From positions 160,001 through 224,000 of the forward strand of contig CBDCTJ010000003.1 of assembly GCA_965222115.1 (NCBI GenBank): a stretch of 64,000 nucleotides of DNA. Reading direction: 5' to 3'. A program made the position numbers and the translations under genes. Below are positions 30,417 to 40,900 of the stretch, in pieces. This DNA comes from Planctomycetota bacterium. GTDB taxonomy: Bacteria > Planctomycetota > PLA2 > JAEUHO01. Positions within the stretch are counted from its first letter, which is position 1; every line of letters begins with the position of its first letter. Under the pieces are notes generated by a model. It saw only the letters and a program-made list of their open reading frames with translations, was not told where the DNA came from and searched no databases.

Positions 30417-30827
30417 ATGGACATCTTCATTCTCATTCTGTTGGGCCTCGCCGCAGGTTCGCTGGGTAGCTTGCTTGGACTGGGCGGTGGCTTCTTGGTG
30501 GTCCCCGCGCTCATTCTCCTTCGCGGTGTCGATCCGCGTATCGCAAGCGGGACTTCCGTCGCGGTCATCGTCCCGGCTATGGCCATCGCTCTCTGGCGAC
30601 GAGGCGCGCAGGGGCACGTAGATCTGCCAGTGGCTGCGTGGATGGCCCTTGGCGCCGTCGCAGGCGCGTTCATTGGCTCGTGGCTCGCGGGCATTGTTGA
30701 CGCCAAGCTGATTCGACGCCTATTTGCCGCGGTATTGATCGTGTTGGCGGCGCTGCTGGTGTTTGGCGAAGAACGCGGGTCCGCTCCCGAGCCTTCCAAT
30801 AGCGGTCTGCCGTCAAATGGAAGATGA
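30417..30827 (+). CDS. TauE/SafE (TSUP) family membrane protein, half-size
   Basis: GLAAGSLGSLLGLGGGFLVVPAL, ASGTS, GAVAGAFIGS. Confidence 0.85.
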   Translation: MDIFILILLGLAAGSLGSLLGLGGGFLVVPALILLRGVDPRIASGTSVAVIVPAMAIALWRRGAQGHVDLPVAAWMALGAVAGAFIGSWLAGIVDAKLIRRLFAAVLIVLAALLVFGEERGSAPEPSNSGLPSNGR

Positions 30828-31050
30828 CAGGTCGTCGTCGCCAATGCGTGTCAGAGAATCCGCACCATTCATGACTCTGTCACGCACGGAGACGAGGAAT
30901 GTGCAGGGGCTTTGCATGAAACTCACCTCGATCGCCGTGGCAGTGGTCAGGCCCCTTTCGCGAAGTTGGTACACTCGGGCGGTAGCGCGTGACGGCAGCG
31001 CGCGAGTCGCCGCCAACGTGGGCAAGACACGGGACGTCGCCGGGCGAAAT

Positions 31051-32637
31051 ATGAATCGAGAGTCGCTCAAACTTTGGACACACCCTTGCGTGCTGGTTCT
31101 GTTGTGTGTCGCCACCGCCATGACCGCGCTCACCGGGTGTCGGACACGACTCTTGGCGCTTGAAGAAAACGAAGTTACGAGCCACGCGATCGATCGTCTG
31201 GAAGGGTTCGATCCCCATGACGTTCGCCCCGTGACACTTCCCGAGGCATTGCCGGATCCAACGACGTCCGATACCGCGGGCGAATCATCTTCACTCCCCG
31301 CGCCAATGGAACCTCCCCCATCGCTCGAATCGCCTGCACTTGTGGTGGTGCCCACACGTGAGCAACTTGAGGAGCAGGTCGACAAGCTAAAATTGGTGGC
31401 CGAACGCCGCGTGGGTGCGCCCGAACGTCTGCATCTCATGCGCGACTTCTTGCAGAGCGACTACGCCCAGGCGCAGGATGCGGCGCACGACGCGTCATTT
31501 CGCGACGCCCTGGCCTCGAGTCTTACGCGCGTGGACCTCGACGGCGCGGTGTTTGCGCGCAACGCGAAGATTCGGCGCGCACACATGGCGCTGCGCGACG
31601 CAGTCGAGTCCATCTACAAGCTTGGTGACGACGCCCTGCTTGTAGATCCCCTTGCTCCCACAGTGATGGAGGAGGATGAGGGCGAAGTTATCGACGTGGC
31701 CACCAGTGCCTACCAGGCACGTCCCGGCGCGCTTTGGTTCCAAGAAAAGCACTTGGCACGTAAGTTCGATCAGGCGTTAGCAACGTATGCAAGTGTAGTA
31801 CGCACTGAGTTGGTCCGGGCAGGCGCCCTGTTCTCTGACTACGAGTACGCACTGTTTGCATTGCGTGCGACGGAACGCGCCACCAAGGAACTCGTTGAAG
31901 CCACCGCCGGGCGCGATCCGGAGCAAGAGCCCGGTCTTGCCGACGCGCTGGCACGTCTTGTGAGTGACCGCAAGCGGTGGACACTGCGCATGGACTCGAT
32001 TCGCACCGATATCGCCGAAGCCATGGATATGCCACCGGCGCTCAACCTGGGTCCGCCCAGATCGAAGGATCATGAGCCGTCTGCAATCTGCGAGTTGCCT
32101 TCCCGTGACGATCTCTATCGCATGGCGATGGCGCGCCAACCCGACGTACTTCGTGCGGAGGCCCACGCTGCCGCCACCGACTTGGTAACCAGCTTTGCCT
32201 GCGAGGGGCTACCGAAGCAGGATGAGATTCCCGCCGACGTTTCCGACATCAACGCCTATCGCCTCAAGTTGTCTGCTGCGCGCCAAGTGTGTCGCGTGGC
32301 ACGTGAGACCTCGCGCAGCGCCCAACGCCGCTGGCACTCCGTGCGCAACCGTACCGTGATCGCCATCTCCGATGCCGTTCATCGCTTTGGCGACGCCTGC
32401 GAACGCATCGAACAATATTCACTGGCCCTCCCCAAGGCCGAACTCGCGGTCGCCGATGCTCTCAAGCAATACGACGGCGAGCACATTGACGCGCCGTCGC
32501 TCATCGCGGCCATTCTTCAGCGCAGGAATATCGAACAAGAACGACACGCCGCGTTTCGTGACTTGGCTACCGCGCGCGTGAAACTCGACGGGGTTGTCGG
32601 CAGAACAGTGATCCCGACGCCTCGACGACCTCAATAA
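31051..32637 (+). CDS. Divergent TolC-like lipoprotein
   Basis: Lipobox LTGC, helical segments ARNAKIRRA, AMARQPDV and LATARVKLDGVVG resembling outer-membrane efflux proteins. Confidence 0.6.
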   Translation: MNRESLKLWTHPCVLVLLCVATAMTALTGCRTRLLALEENEVTSHAIDRLEGFDPHDVRPVTLPEALPDPTTSDTAGESSSLPAPMEPPPSLESPALVVVPTREQLEEQVDKLKLVAERRVGAPERLHLMRDFLQSDYAQAQDAAHDASFRDALASSLTRVDLDGAVFARNAKIRRAHMALRDAVESIYKLGDDALLVDPLAPTVMEEDEGEVIDVATSAYQARPGALWFQEKHLARKFDQALATYASVVRTELVRAGALFSDYEYALFALRATERATKELVEATAGRDPEQEPGLADALARLVSDRKRWTLRMDSIRTDIAEAMDMPPALNLGPPRSKDHEPSAICELPSRDDLYRMAMARQPDVLRAEAHAAATDLVTSFACEGLPKQDEIPADVSDINAYRLKLSAARQVCRVARETSRSAQRRWHSVRNRTVIAISDAVHRFGDACERIEQYSLALPKAELAVADALKQYDGEHIDAPSLIAAILQRRNIEQERHAAFRDLATARVKLDGVVGRTVIPTPRRPQ

Positions 32638-34169
32638 CCGCGATACGCCGTTTGCAATGCCAACAATGTAAGCGCCATCTGCTCAATGCCGGACCCGTTG
32701 GTGCGCACGCCGCCCGAGTCGGCAGTAGCAATCGTGCTAATCCACGCGGGTGCATGGGCGGAGAGCCACGAGCGCACCTTGTCGTGTGACAACCGCTTTT
32801 CAGACCGCGACGACATGGCACGCATCATGACGGCGCCACGAAGCCATGCACGCAGTTCATCGCTGAGCGCCCCGTCGGCATCGACATCACTTGCTGAAGC
32901 CAACCACGTCTCTTGACTGGACGCATCGGGGGCCTGAAAACCGGCTCGCACGAACGCGCTCTTGCCCATGTTCAACCAGACGCTCGTGAGCGCGTCGCCC
33001 TCTAAATCGGGCGCAGCCTTAGCAAGCGCTTCGCCAAGAACATGCAACTCGCGACTGCGCTGCCGTACCTCGCGCACGCTGAGCGATCCGTAGCTCAACA
33101 TAAAATCTTCCGCCAGGGCGGTGGTCGCGCAACCCAACTCCACCGACGAAAGGCCACGTACGAGGGAGGGTTCTTCGGTCCCCCGAATTTCGCCGCTCCC
33201 CTGAATGACGCGCTTGCGAATCCAGTCCACGCCACGCTTCACCACGCGCTGCGCGTCGACGCCCGCCTCCTCAAGCGCGCTCCCCTTGCCTTCGCCGAGG
33301 AATGGCAAAAGTGCGAGTGCGGTGGAGTGAATCGTCGATCCCTGCTTGGGTGGCGGGAACGAACCATCTTCGGACTGACGGTGGCGCAAGTAAGTAAGTC
33401 CACGTCGCATGGCGCGCATGGTTTCGCGCCCATCCAGACCCATGAGCTTGAGTTTACGCCGCTTCAGTTCATCGGAACGGCGAACGAACATCGCGGGGGC
33501 AACATGCAGAGGGTGATCAAAGGCCAATGCCCCGGACGCTGCGGGACCAATCGGCGCAGAACGCTCCCTATCACTTCCCGACAACACGGAATCAAAGTCG
33601 GTATCGCGCTCGACCTCATCGGGAAATTGCAATAGCGCTTCATCGGGCACATCGACCGCTAAGCCGTCGGCATGGCTTTGAAACAGCTCTGCTTGACGAA
33701 ACGAATAGAGATCCACGCTCTCAGGTGCGGGTTCGAAGCGCGCCTCAAAGCGTTGATCGTTGGTCGGGGTCTTGGCTTGATCGCGAGTGAACCACCAGAG
33801 CGTGCCCAACGCCAACACATGGGCAGCTACCGACCACGCAAACACATTCGCTAAGCGGCGTCGGCGACGGGCTCGACGCGTCAAACGTGTTTTTGGAGCG
33901 CGCGCGCGCGCATCTTCATCGGCGCGCACATTCTTTCGCACGAGATAGGCCACGCGCTTGGCCTCTTGCTCGCCGCCCAACAGCTCAACGGTGCGCGCTG
34001 CGCTCATGGCTTCGAGATCGAGCAGTGCGCGCCAGCGTTCTGTTAGATCAGATGCTGTCGAATCTGATTCCCCGTTTGGCGTCACACGCGCTTCGCCCGT
34101 CGCGCGCGGCTCGATGGCATCGACGACCTCGGACAGGTCGTGATCTGGATTGGTGGGATCACACGTCAT
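32631..34169 (-). CDS. Single-pass membrane protein with prenyltransferase/squalene-cyclase-like repeat; candidate anti-sigma partner
   Basis: TM SVAAHVLALGTLWW, RGLTYLRHRQSEDGSF, TALALLPFLGEG, VKRGVDWI. Directly downstream of the ECF sigma gene. Confidence 0.7.
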   Translation of the reverse strand: MTCDPTNPDHDLSEVVDAIEPRATGEARVTPNGESDSTASDLTERWRALLDLEAMSAARTVELLGGEQEAKRVAYLVRKNVRADEDARARAPKTRLTRRARRRRRLANVFAWSVAAHVLALGTLWWFTRDQAKTPTNDQRFEARFEPAPESVDLYSFRQAELFQSHADGLAVDVPDEALLQFPDEVERDTDFDSVLSGSDRERSAPIGPAASGALAFDHPLHVAPAMFVRRSDELKRRKLKLMGLDGRETMRAMRRGLTYLRHRQSEDGSFPPPKQGSTIHSTALALLPFLGEGKGSALEEAGVDAQRVVKRGVDWIRKRVIQGSGEIRGTEEPSLVRGLSSVELGCATTALAEDFMLSYGSLSVREVRQRSRELHVLGEALAKAAPDLEGDALTSVWLNMGKSAFVRAGFQAPDASSQETWLASASDVDADGALSDELRAWLRGAVMMRAMSSRSEKRLSHDKVRSWLSAHAPAWISTIATADSGGVRTNGSGIEQMALTLLALQTAYRGY

Positions 34170-34238
34170 GATTGCTGGGAAATCGCCTTCTAGGGAATCG
34201 AGGGATAGAACGGTTCCAGGGGGTTGAACGGGGTCGCG

Positions 34239-34823
34239 CTAAGGCGGTTCAACGCCGGCTGCGAGAAGTTCCTTTCGGAGGTGGCGCATGGCGGCGTGCA
34301 TACGGCTCTTCACGGTCCCCACGGGGATCTCAAGAATCTCGCCAATCTCCTGATAGCGCAGAAGTTCCACGCGTGCGAGCACAAAGACCTCCCTTTGGGC
34401 CTGGCCCATGGTGGCCACGGCGCGCTCCAAAATGCGGGCGAGATGGAGTCGCTGCTGGGCGGCGGGCTCCTCCGGGCGCTCATCGGGAAGCGTCGAGACC
34501 CACGAGCGCTCGCCGTCGCCTCCACCGGCATCGAGAGACGCGGGCGGGGGGCTGGATTGGCGCTTTCGATAGCGGTCAATCCAATGGTTGCGGGCCACTC
34601 GGAACGCGTATGTCACAAACTTCGAGCGCGGTTGATACCCACGACGCGAGCGGTAGATCTTGGTAAAGACCTCTTGCGCACAATCTTCTGCGGTCGCCGC
34701 ATCGGCCCCTTGACGACGAAAATACCCAATCAGCCGTGGCCAAAGCGACGTGACGAGTGGCTCAAACGCCGAGTCGTCTCCCGCCGCCACGCGAATCATG
34801 AGTTCCGTTAACGGATCCGCCAC
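34239..34823 (-). CDS. ECF RNA polymerase sigma-70 factor
   Basis: GDDSAFEPL, AEDCAQEVF, FRVARNHWID, REVFVL...YQEIGEILEIPVGTVKSRMH. Confidence 0.94.
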   Translation of the reverse strand: MADPLTELMIRVAAGDDSAFEPLVTSLWPRLIGYFRRQGADAATAEDCAQEVFTKIYRSRRGYQPRSKFVTYAFRVARNHWIDRYRKRQSSPPPASLDAGGGDGERSWVSTLPDERPEEPAAQQRLHLARILERAVATMGQAQREVFVLARVELLRYQEIGEILEIPVGTVKSRMHAAMRHLRKELLAAGVEPP

Positions 34824-35259
34824 AGACGCCTCAACTCTCGATGAATGAACGGGCCCCCTACCGGGAGATGCGGGCGGACCGGGCAGTAGACACTGTAGCG
34901 GAACTTAGGGCAATCGGCGCAAAGTAGGCGTCCTACAGGAACGAGGGCCTTGGACATGGGCTCCGGCAGCGAATTCGTGTTTTGACAGCGCCCGCAAGTT
35001 TCTTCGGCTCAGAATCTCGGTATCCGCCTAAATGGACAATTTCTTGAAGGCTACACGCAAACCCCAATTGGCGAACTTGGTGGGAAAAGACTCGACATGG
35101 TGTCTGCAGGCCTCCAACAGGATGCTCATCGAAGACAGGCAAACTCGCATCGCGGGATCTTAGGCAAATTCCTTCACGAAGAAACCCCGGCTGACATCAA
35201 AGTCTGCCGGGGTTATCGAGAAGCGCATACGTCATCGTACCGCAGTAGATGTAAGCGAG

Positions 35260-35874
35260 CTATTCAGTGGCGATCTGGGACGTAGCCCATATGGCGACAG
35301 GCACGAGCTCCATGTTTTCGTTGAGTTCAGTTACAACGGAAACGTGCATTCCTGCGCGCAGGTCTTCCCACGTCGCCAATGCCTCATCAACGTAGATGGT
35401 CGATTCGTAGGGGAACTCGAACCACCACGTTAGAAGTTCACCCTCGAATTCGATCAACACCGCAATACTGTCGTCGCCTGCTGCAGGATCGATCAGCTCC
35501 AGATAACCATCGTTGTACTGCGGTATCGTCATGTCGCAGATCATCCGAGTGACCATAGGCTCACCAGAATCCGATGTCTCAATAAATAGGCGACAGCTCA
35601 TGCCGGCCTGGATTGAGCGCGGCTCGATCTCCCAACCGTCCCATGTGATGCCGTCCATGTTGTCATACGCAAATGTCTGCGTGCCGAGCTTGCCGACATA
35701 CTCAACCGTCACGGTCATCGCATCGCGATCCGTATCGATGACGGTGCCCACGCGCATGCTCTTCTGCGGAGACGCCTTGGAAGCGTCTGCGAGTGCCACG
35801 TCGTTTGGTGCCGTCAATCCAAGTACAAGCCAAACTATTGGCGCCAGTACCGCTACGTGAATCAATCGATTCAT
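35260..35874 (-). CDS. Secreted acidic hypothetical protein with two small beta-barrel-like (DUF5666-like) repeats
   Basis: GGAGG RBS, signal peptide ending ALA, repeated SIQAGMSCRL and DLRAGMHVSV. Confidence 0.7.
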   Translation of the reverse strand: MNRLIHVAVLAPIVWLVLGLTAPNDVALADASKASPQKSMRVGTVIDTDRDAMTVTVEYVGKLGTQTFAYDNMDGITWDGWEIEPRSIQAGMSCRLFIETSDSGEPMVTRMICDMTIPQYNDGYLELIDPAAGDDSIAVLIEFEGELLTWWFEFPYESTIYVDEALATWEDLRAGMHVSVVTELNENMELVPVAIWATSQIATE

Positions 35875-36368
35875 GTGTCAACCTCCATAAGTGCCGCGGG
35901 ATCGTAGTAAGCAGGGACAGTCGGCACAATCTCACTCATGAGCCATGATTCGCGTGAGAGCGAACTCTTCGACCGATTCAACCGAATTTGGCATTCTTGT
36001 GTCGTCTATGCTCATACTTCGCAACATTCGCAGGTCGATGTTTAGAGATTTGAGCGTACGAATTGCTTACGAGGAAAGTCGCTCGACTTAGATCGTAGTC
36101 GCGCGTTGGCGCTCGAATGTGCATTGACGACGTGTTCGCACCCAAGCGATAGGATTCTGTGCCGCGTTTTTGTCACCCAATTGGTGACTCTTGACCCGCA
36201 CGCATTCGAGCGCGTTATGGATACCGAGATGGAATGAAAGGGTCAGTACTGCTTATCCGGCGTGTACGGGCGAAAGAACGGTTCTGTACCGAATTCTGAA
36301 CCATCCACCCGACGCACCAAAGCACAAATCCGCCACCCGGCCAACGCCGCGTGCTGTGGGGCACGCTC

Positions 36369-36641
36369 CTAGCCTCCTGAAATGGCCTGGACAATAAGGA
36401 TTTCGTCCCCGTCGCTGAGCGTGTGTTCGCCGAACGTGGCGCGAGGCAGGACTCGTCCATTGAGTGCACACAGCACGTGAGGACGAAGCGCGCCCTTGCC
36501 TTCCAAGATGTGGGCTCGAAGTCGTGGCAGCATCGCACACGCTGCCTCGAGTCCTTCTCCGACCGTTTTGCCTTCTACGCGCACGCGATCGGCCCCGACG
36601 GCAACTTTAAGCACTGAAGGGAGCCGAAGGGTCGCGCTCAA
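36369..36641 (-). CDS. ThiS/MoaD-family ubiquitin-like protein (about 90 aa)
   Basis: LRLPSVL, EGKTVGE.L, LRPHV, LSDGDEILIVQAISGG with C-terminal GG. TTG start overlaps the upstream TGA (TTGA). Confidence 0.92.
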   Translation of the reverse strand: MSATLRLPSVLKVAVGADRVRVEGKTVGEGLEAACAMLPRLRAHILEGKGALRPHVLCALNGRVLPRATFGEHTLSDGDEILIVQAISGG

Positions 36642-37759
36642 GACACGACTGCCACAGTTACAGAGAGAATGCCGGGCAGGTGCTGCGCGATGATGCTCCA
36701 ACTCACGCCGCCGTCGTTGCTGGCAAAGAGCGAACCACCTTGCGTACCGAAGTAGACACCGCAGGGATCGAGTGTGTCATTCGTTAGGGCTTGGCGAAGC
36801 ACGCTCACATGCGCATGCCGCCGGGGTAATCCGCGGTTGCGCTTGCGCCACTTCTTTCTTCGACCGTACTCGTAGATCGCCAACTCGCCGTCCGTGGCGC
36901 GAAAGCTATAGTCCACATGGGCAAGGGGGATCACGAAGCAGGAATGCGGGTCTTGCGCATGCAACGCGAGCCCGAATCCAAAGTCCGATGGGAGACCGCC
37001 GTCGATGCGCTCCCAGCCCTCCCCCGCATCGATCGACTTGTAAACGCCTACGTGATTTTGCTGGTAGAGAAGACCCGGAACCTCCGGGTGCGCGAGCAGC
37101 TTATGCACTCAAGTGAATACTTCGCTCTGCTCCGGCGCGCCGACGTAGCTGGCGACGCAGCTATTGATGGGCTTCCACGTGGTACCACCGTCGTCTGAGC
37201 GAAACGCTCCCGCAGCAGAAATAGCCGCGTACATGCGAGCCGAATCGCCAGCGTCAAACTGGATGCTGTGCAGGCACTGTCCGCCCGCCCCAGGCGTCCA
37301 GTCCTTACGCGTCTTGTGCTTGTTAAGACCGTCCACCGGCTCCCACGTCTTCCCGCGATCCTCGCTGCGGAAAAGTCCAGCGGGTGCGGTGCCCATGTAG
37401 AGCACGCTCCTTTGCTTGGCCGGGCCTGGCGTGATGTTCCATATCTTCGGCGACGCATCGAGCCCGAATTGCTTAGCAAACTTTGACGCCTTCGGATTGA
37501 GCTTCGGAAACGTGGGCAGACGCTCGGCTGCCTTGAATTTCAAAGTGCGTAGCGGCGCGGACTGCACTGTTACACCGAACGCGTAGTGCGACGCACCCGC
37601 ATGAAGTTTTGGTGCACCGCGTGTATCGATCACCGCGTAGGGAACCTGCCAACCCCGTAGCAGTGGCTCGGAAACGCTCCACCGCTTACGTCCGACGCCT
37701 CCCTCGACAAGAAACAGTCCGCGCTTTGTGCCGACCGATAGGATTACACGTCGTGCCAT
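36638..37759 (-). CDS. BNR/sialidase-like beta-propeller protein, 373 aa if the TGA at codon 217 is read through (candidate selenoprotein)
   Basis: GGAGG RBS and ATG 37759. Asp-box motifs SEDRGKTW, SDDGGTTW, SIDAGEGW and SNDGGVSW lie on both sides of the in-frame TGA at 37109-37111. Confidence 0.85.
37073..37089 (-). promoter_or_regulatory. Putative bacterial SECIS hairpin
   Basis: ACCCGGA-GGT-TCCGGGT is a perfect 7-bp stem with a G-first apical loop, 26 nt after the in-frame TGA. Confidence 0.6.
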
Positions 37760-37975
37760 GGATGACCTCCGGGTGTAGGCGATTCCCGCCCACCGATGTC
37801 TACGCGGTAACTTTACCACGTGGCCCAATTCGGTTGGAAGCCGCACAATTGTGCCCGCTTCCTATTCACGCAGAGTTAACCAACACAACCACATCAACGT
37901 TCACGTCCGCGCGCACGGCCTCGCTTGGCGATCTTGGCGCCCTTGGTGAGCCCCTTCTTCTTCCAAGATGTACCG

Positions 37976-40900
37976 CTACCTAATGTCGACCCGAAGCGTG
38001 CAGCGTGCGACACGGCCTTCGGCAATCACCAGAGGTTGCTCGACGACATGCGCCGGTGACCCATCGACGCGCACTCGAACGGTGTAGGGACCGGGTCGCA
38101 GATCGGGAATAACAAGCGAACCATCTTCGGTGAGCCGCCTCGTTCGCTTGCCTACCGAGGCATCGGAGACTTCAGGTAAGTGAACGAGCGGTAGCGATTC
38201 GCCCCGTTGAAAGAGCGATACTTCGGCACCGCGCAGCACATGCCCGGCGCTGTCCTCAATGCGCACGTGCGCCGATCCCGATGGCACGAGCGTAAGTTTG
38301 ACCGTAGAAAGTCGGCCGGATCGCACGGGAATTAGCGACGACATCGCCCGGCCATAACCCTGCGCATGGACGCGCACGCACGCGCTTCCAATGGCCACGC
38401 CTTCGAGCAAGAGTTTGCCGTCCATGCCGGTGGTGAGCGTGGAGCGGTGCAAAGGATGTCCATCGGCATCGTGAATCACAACCGTCGCATCCGGCACGCT
38501 CTGTTTCGATTTGTCGATGGCCCACACCTCAATGCGTCCACCGTGGCTGAAGCGAAGATCCATGGAAATCGTATGACCGGCTTTGTCGCTCTGCATATTG
38601 TCGGCGAGTAGCGGTGGCCATCCCTCGGCTCGAACTTCCACGTTGTAGCGTCCGTAGGGAACGCCCGCAATTCGAAAGCGACCCAACGCATCACTGCGCC
38701 CGCGGGCTTCAAAGACAGGGCCGTCATAGCTCTTGGACGCTTTGTTGCCCATCCATGTCGCAATGACGTCGGCCTCCAACACGGGATCGCCAAAGGCGTC
38801 AACCACCGTGCCTTCAAGCAACGCGTCATACACTTCGAGCTCCACCTCGACGTCTTGTCCCTCGTTAAGTTGAACGACGTGCTCTACTTGCATCGCGGCG
38901 TCGGTCTGGCGCAGGCGATAACGACCGGGTGGAATGCCACGAACCGAAAAGCGTCCGTACTCGTCACTTCGCAGTGCGTGACGGCGGAAATAGGCCGACG
39001 CACCTACGTCGGTAAGTAGCAACTCAAGCGATACGCCCGCCGCACCCTCGCCCCCGTCGCGACGAATGATGCCCGACAGGTGCGTATCACTGGAATCGCG
39101 AAAGGTAACTTCGCTGCGCTTCTCATTGGCCACATCCACGAGCACCGTCTGATCGGCGGGCACCTCGATGCCACGTACACGGCGAAACAGTCGGTAGGAA
39201 CCGGGTTGCAATCCGTCGAGCTCTGCGATGCCCTGCTCCGACGTCACCATGCGCCATGTGGGACCCACATCGTCCGATCGAGTAACCGCAATCATCGCGC
39301 CATCGACCGGCTCCCCATTGCTTGCTTCGGCGCGAACCACAATCGTACCGCCGTTGGTCATGTTGATCGGGGGCAACACGAGCACTTCGTTGGGAGGGAG
39401 CCGCACAATTTGTGTATGCACGCCACCATCGGGCGTGACCACCGTAAGCCGCCAAAGACCGGAAGCGATCTCGTCGTAGGCAAACGCGCCGTTGTCGCGC
39501 GTGGTCGTGACGCGTTTGCACCCCGGCCCATAACGCGCCATGCCGGGACCCTGTAGGCGCTCGGCTTGAATGCGCGCGCCAAACACGGGCTTTCCGTCGG
39601 CGTCAAATACGGAACCCGCAAGGCGCGAGATGGGCATGAGCGTGAGCGAGACGCCGTCCACATTGTCGGTTTTCACCAACACGCTTTGAACATCGCTGTC
39701 GCGCAGGCCCTGCACGGCACGCAACTCGTACCGACCCGGGGGAACGTCTTCGATCGTAAAGCTAATGCTCGACCCTTCGTCTTCCGTGGGATAGGTCCCG
39801 ACCTCGCGAAACGAATAGACATCCTCTTTGGCGTTGTACACGCTGGCGTAAAGCGAGACATGAATGCGTTCGTCGCGGTCGCTATCTTCGACGCGGCCCG
39901 AAATGGACACAACAGGCGGGATCACCAAATCAATGGCGGATTCAATGCCGGGCATAACCTGATCGCGCTGCGCCAACACGTGACTCGACTGCTCACCTCG
40001 TCCCAAGACTTCAAACACCAACGGGTCGGATGGGAGTCCGTCCATTTGAAATGTGCCGTCTTGACGGGATTGAATGACCTTGGTGAAGTCACTGCGATGC
40101 GCACGCGCTCGTACCGAGTAGGCGTTACGTACGGGCCCGGTAAGACGACGCACCGCGCCAGAGATCTCGTGAAGTCGAGTTAGCGTGGCCTCCACATCCC
40201 GCACTGTTCCCGACGAAGGAAAGAACTCTTTGCCACGCGCGAGTTGGTAGCCGGGCGCGGAAATGGTCCAAACCACATCGTCTTCCGGCATGTGCGCAAT
40301 GACCGCAAGCCCCTCGGCGTCAGTCGTCGCAGTCAACCTCGGCATGAATTCGGTGTCCCAGATCGAGAAGGCCTCCTTGGCCATGGGATGGGCTGTCACT
40401 TTGGCGTCGGGAACCGGTTTTCCATGAATGTCGCGCGTCTTCACGCGCAGTGACCACGCCGGCTTGACGGCGATATCCCCCACGTCGTTGGCGCCGCCCG
40501 GTGTGACATCCAGAAGCTTGTCGAGCACCGGCATGATCGCGTCGCTCACCAGCAAAATGCGATAGTCGGATGCCGGAGTAACGCCATTGATTTCGAACTG
40601 CCCGTTCTCATCGCTCATTACAGGTTGTGGCACCGCAATTCGGCTTCGCGCGTTGGACGAGTTTGGCGGACGCACCAGCGAAACCGTGACGCCTGCCACC
40701 GGTTTCTCATCGGACCAAATCACACGACCGCGCACCGTCGTTCGTCGTCGCGCAAACCAAAGCTCGCGTTCGTTGACGCGAATGTCATCCACCTGCACAA
40801 GTGTATGGGGATCGGCCAATGTCCACAGGGGATCGGCCATCTCGACGCGATACACACCCGGTTGCAATCCCGTAAAGAGAAAGCGCCCCTTGTCGTCAAC

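Noticed and set aside
36120-36195. TTGACG..TAGGAT promoter-like pair and GTCACC-N5-GGTGAC palindrome
   Set aside because: The spacing is about 20 nt and no credible plus-strand gene follows, so there is too little to assign a function.
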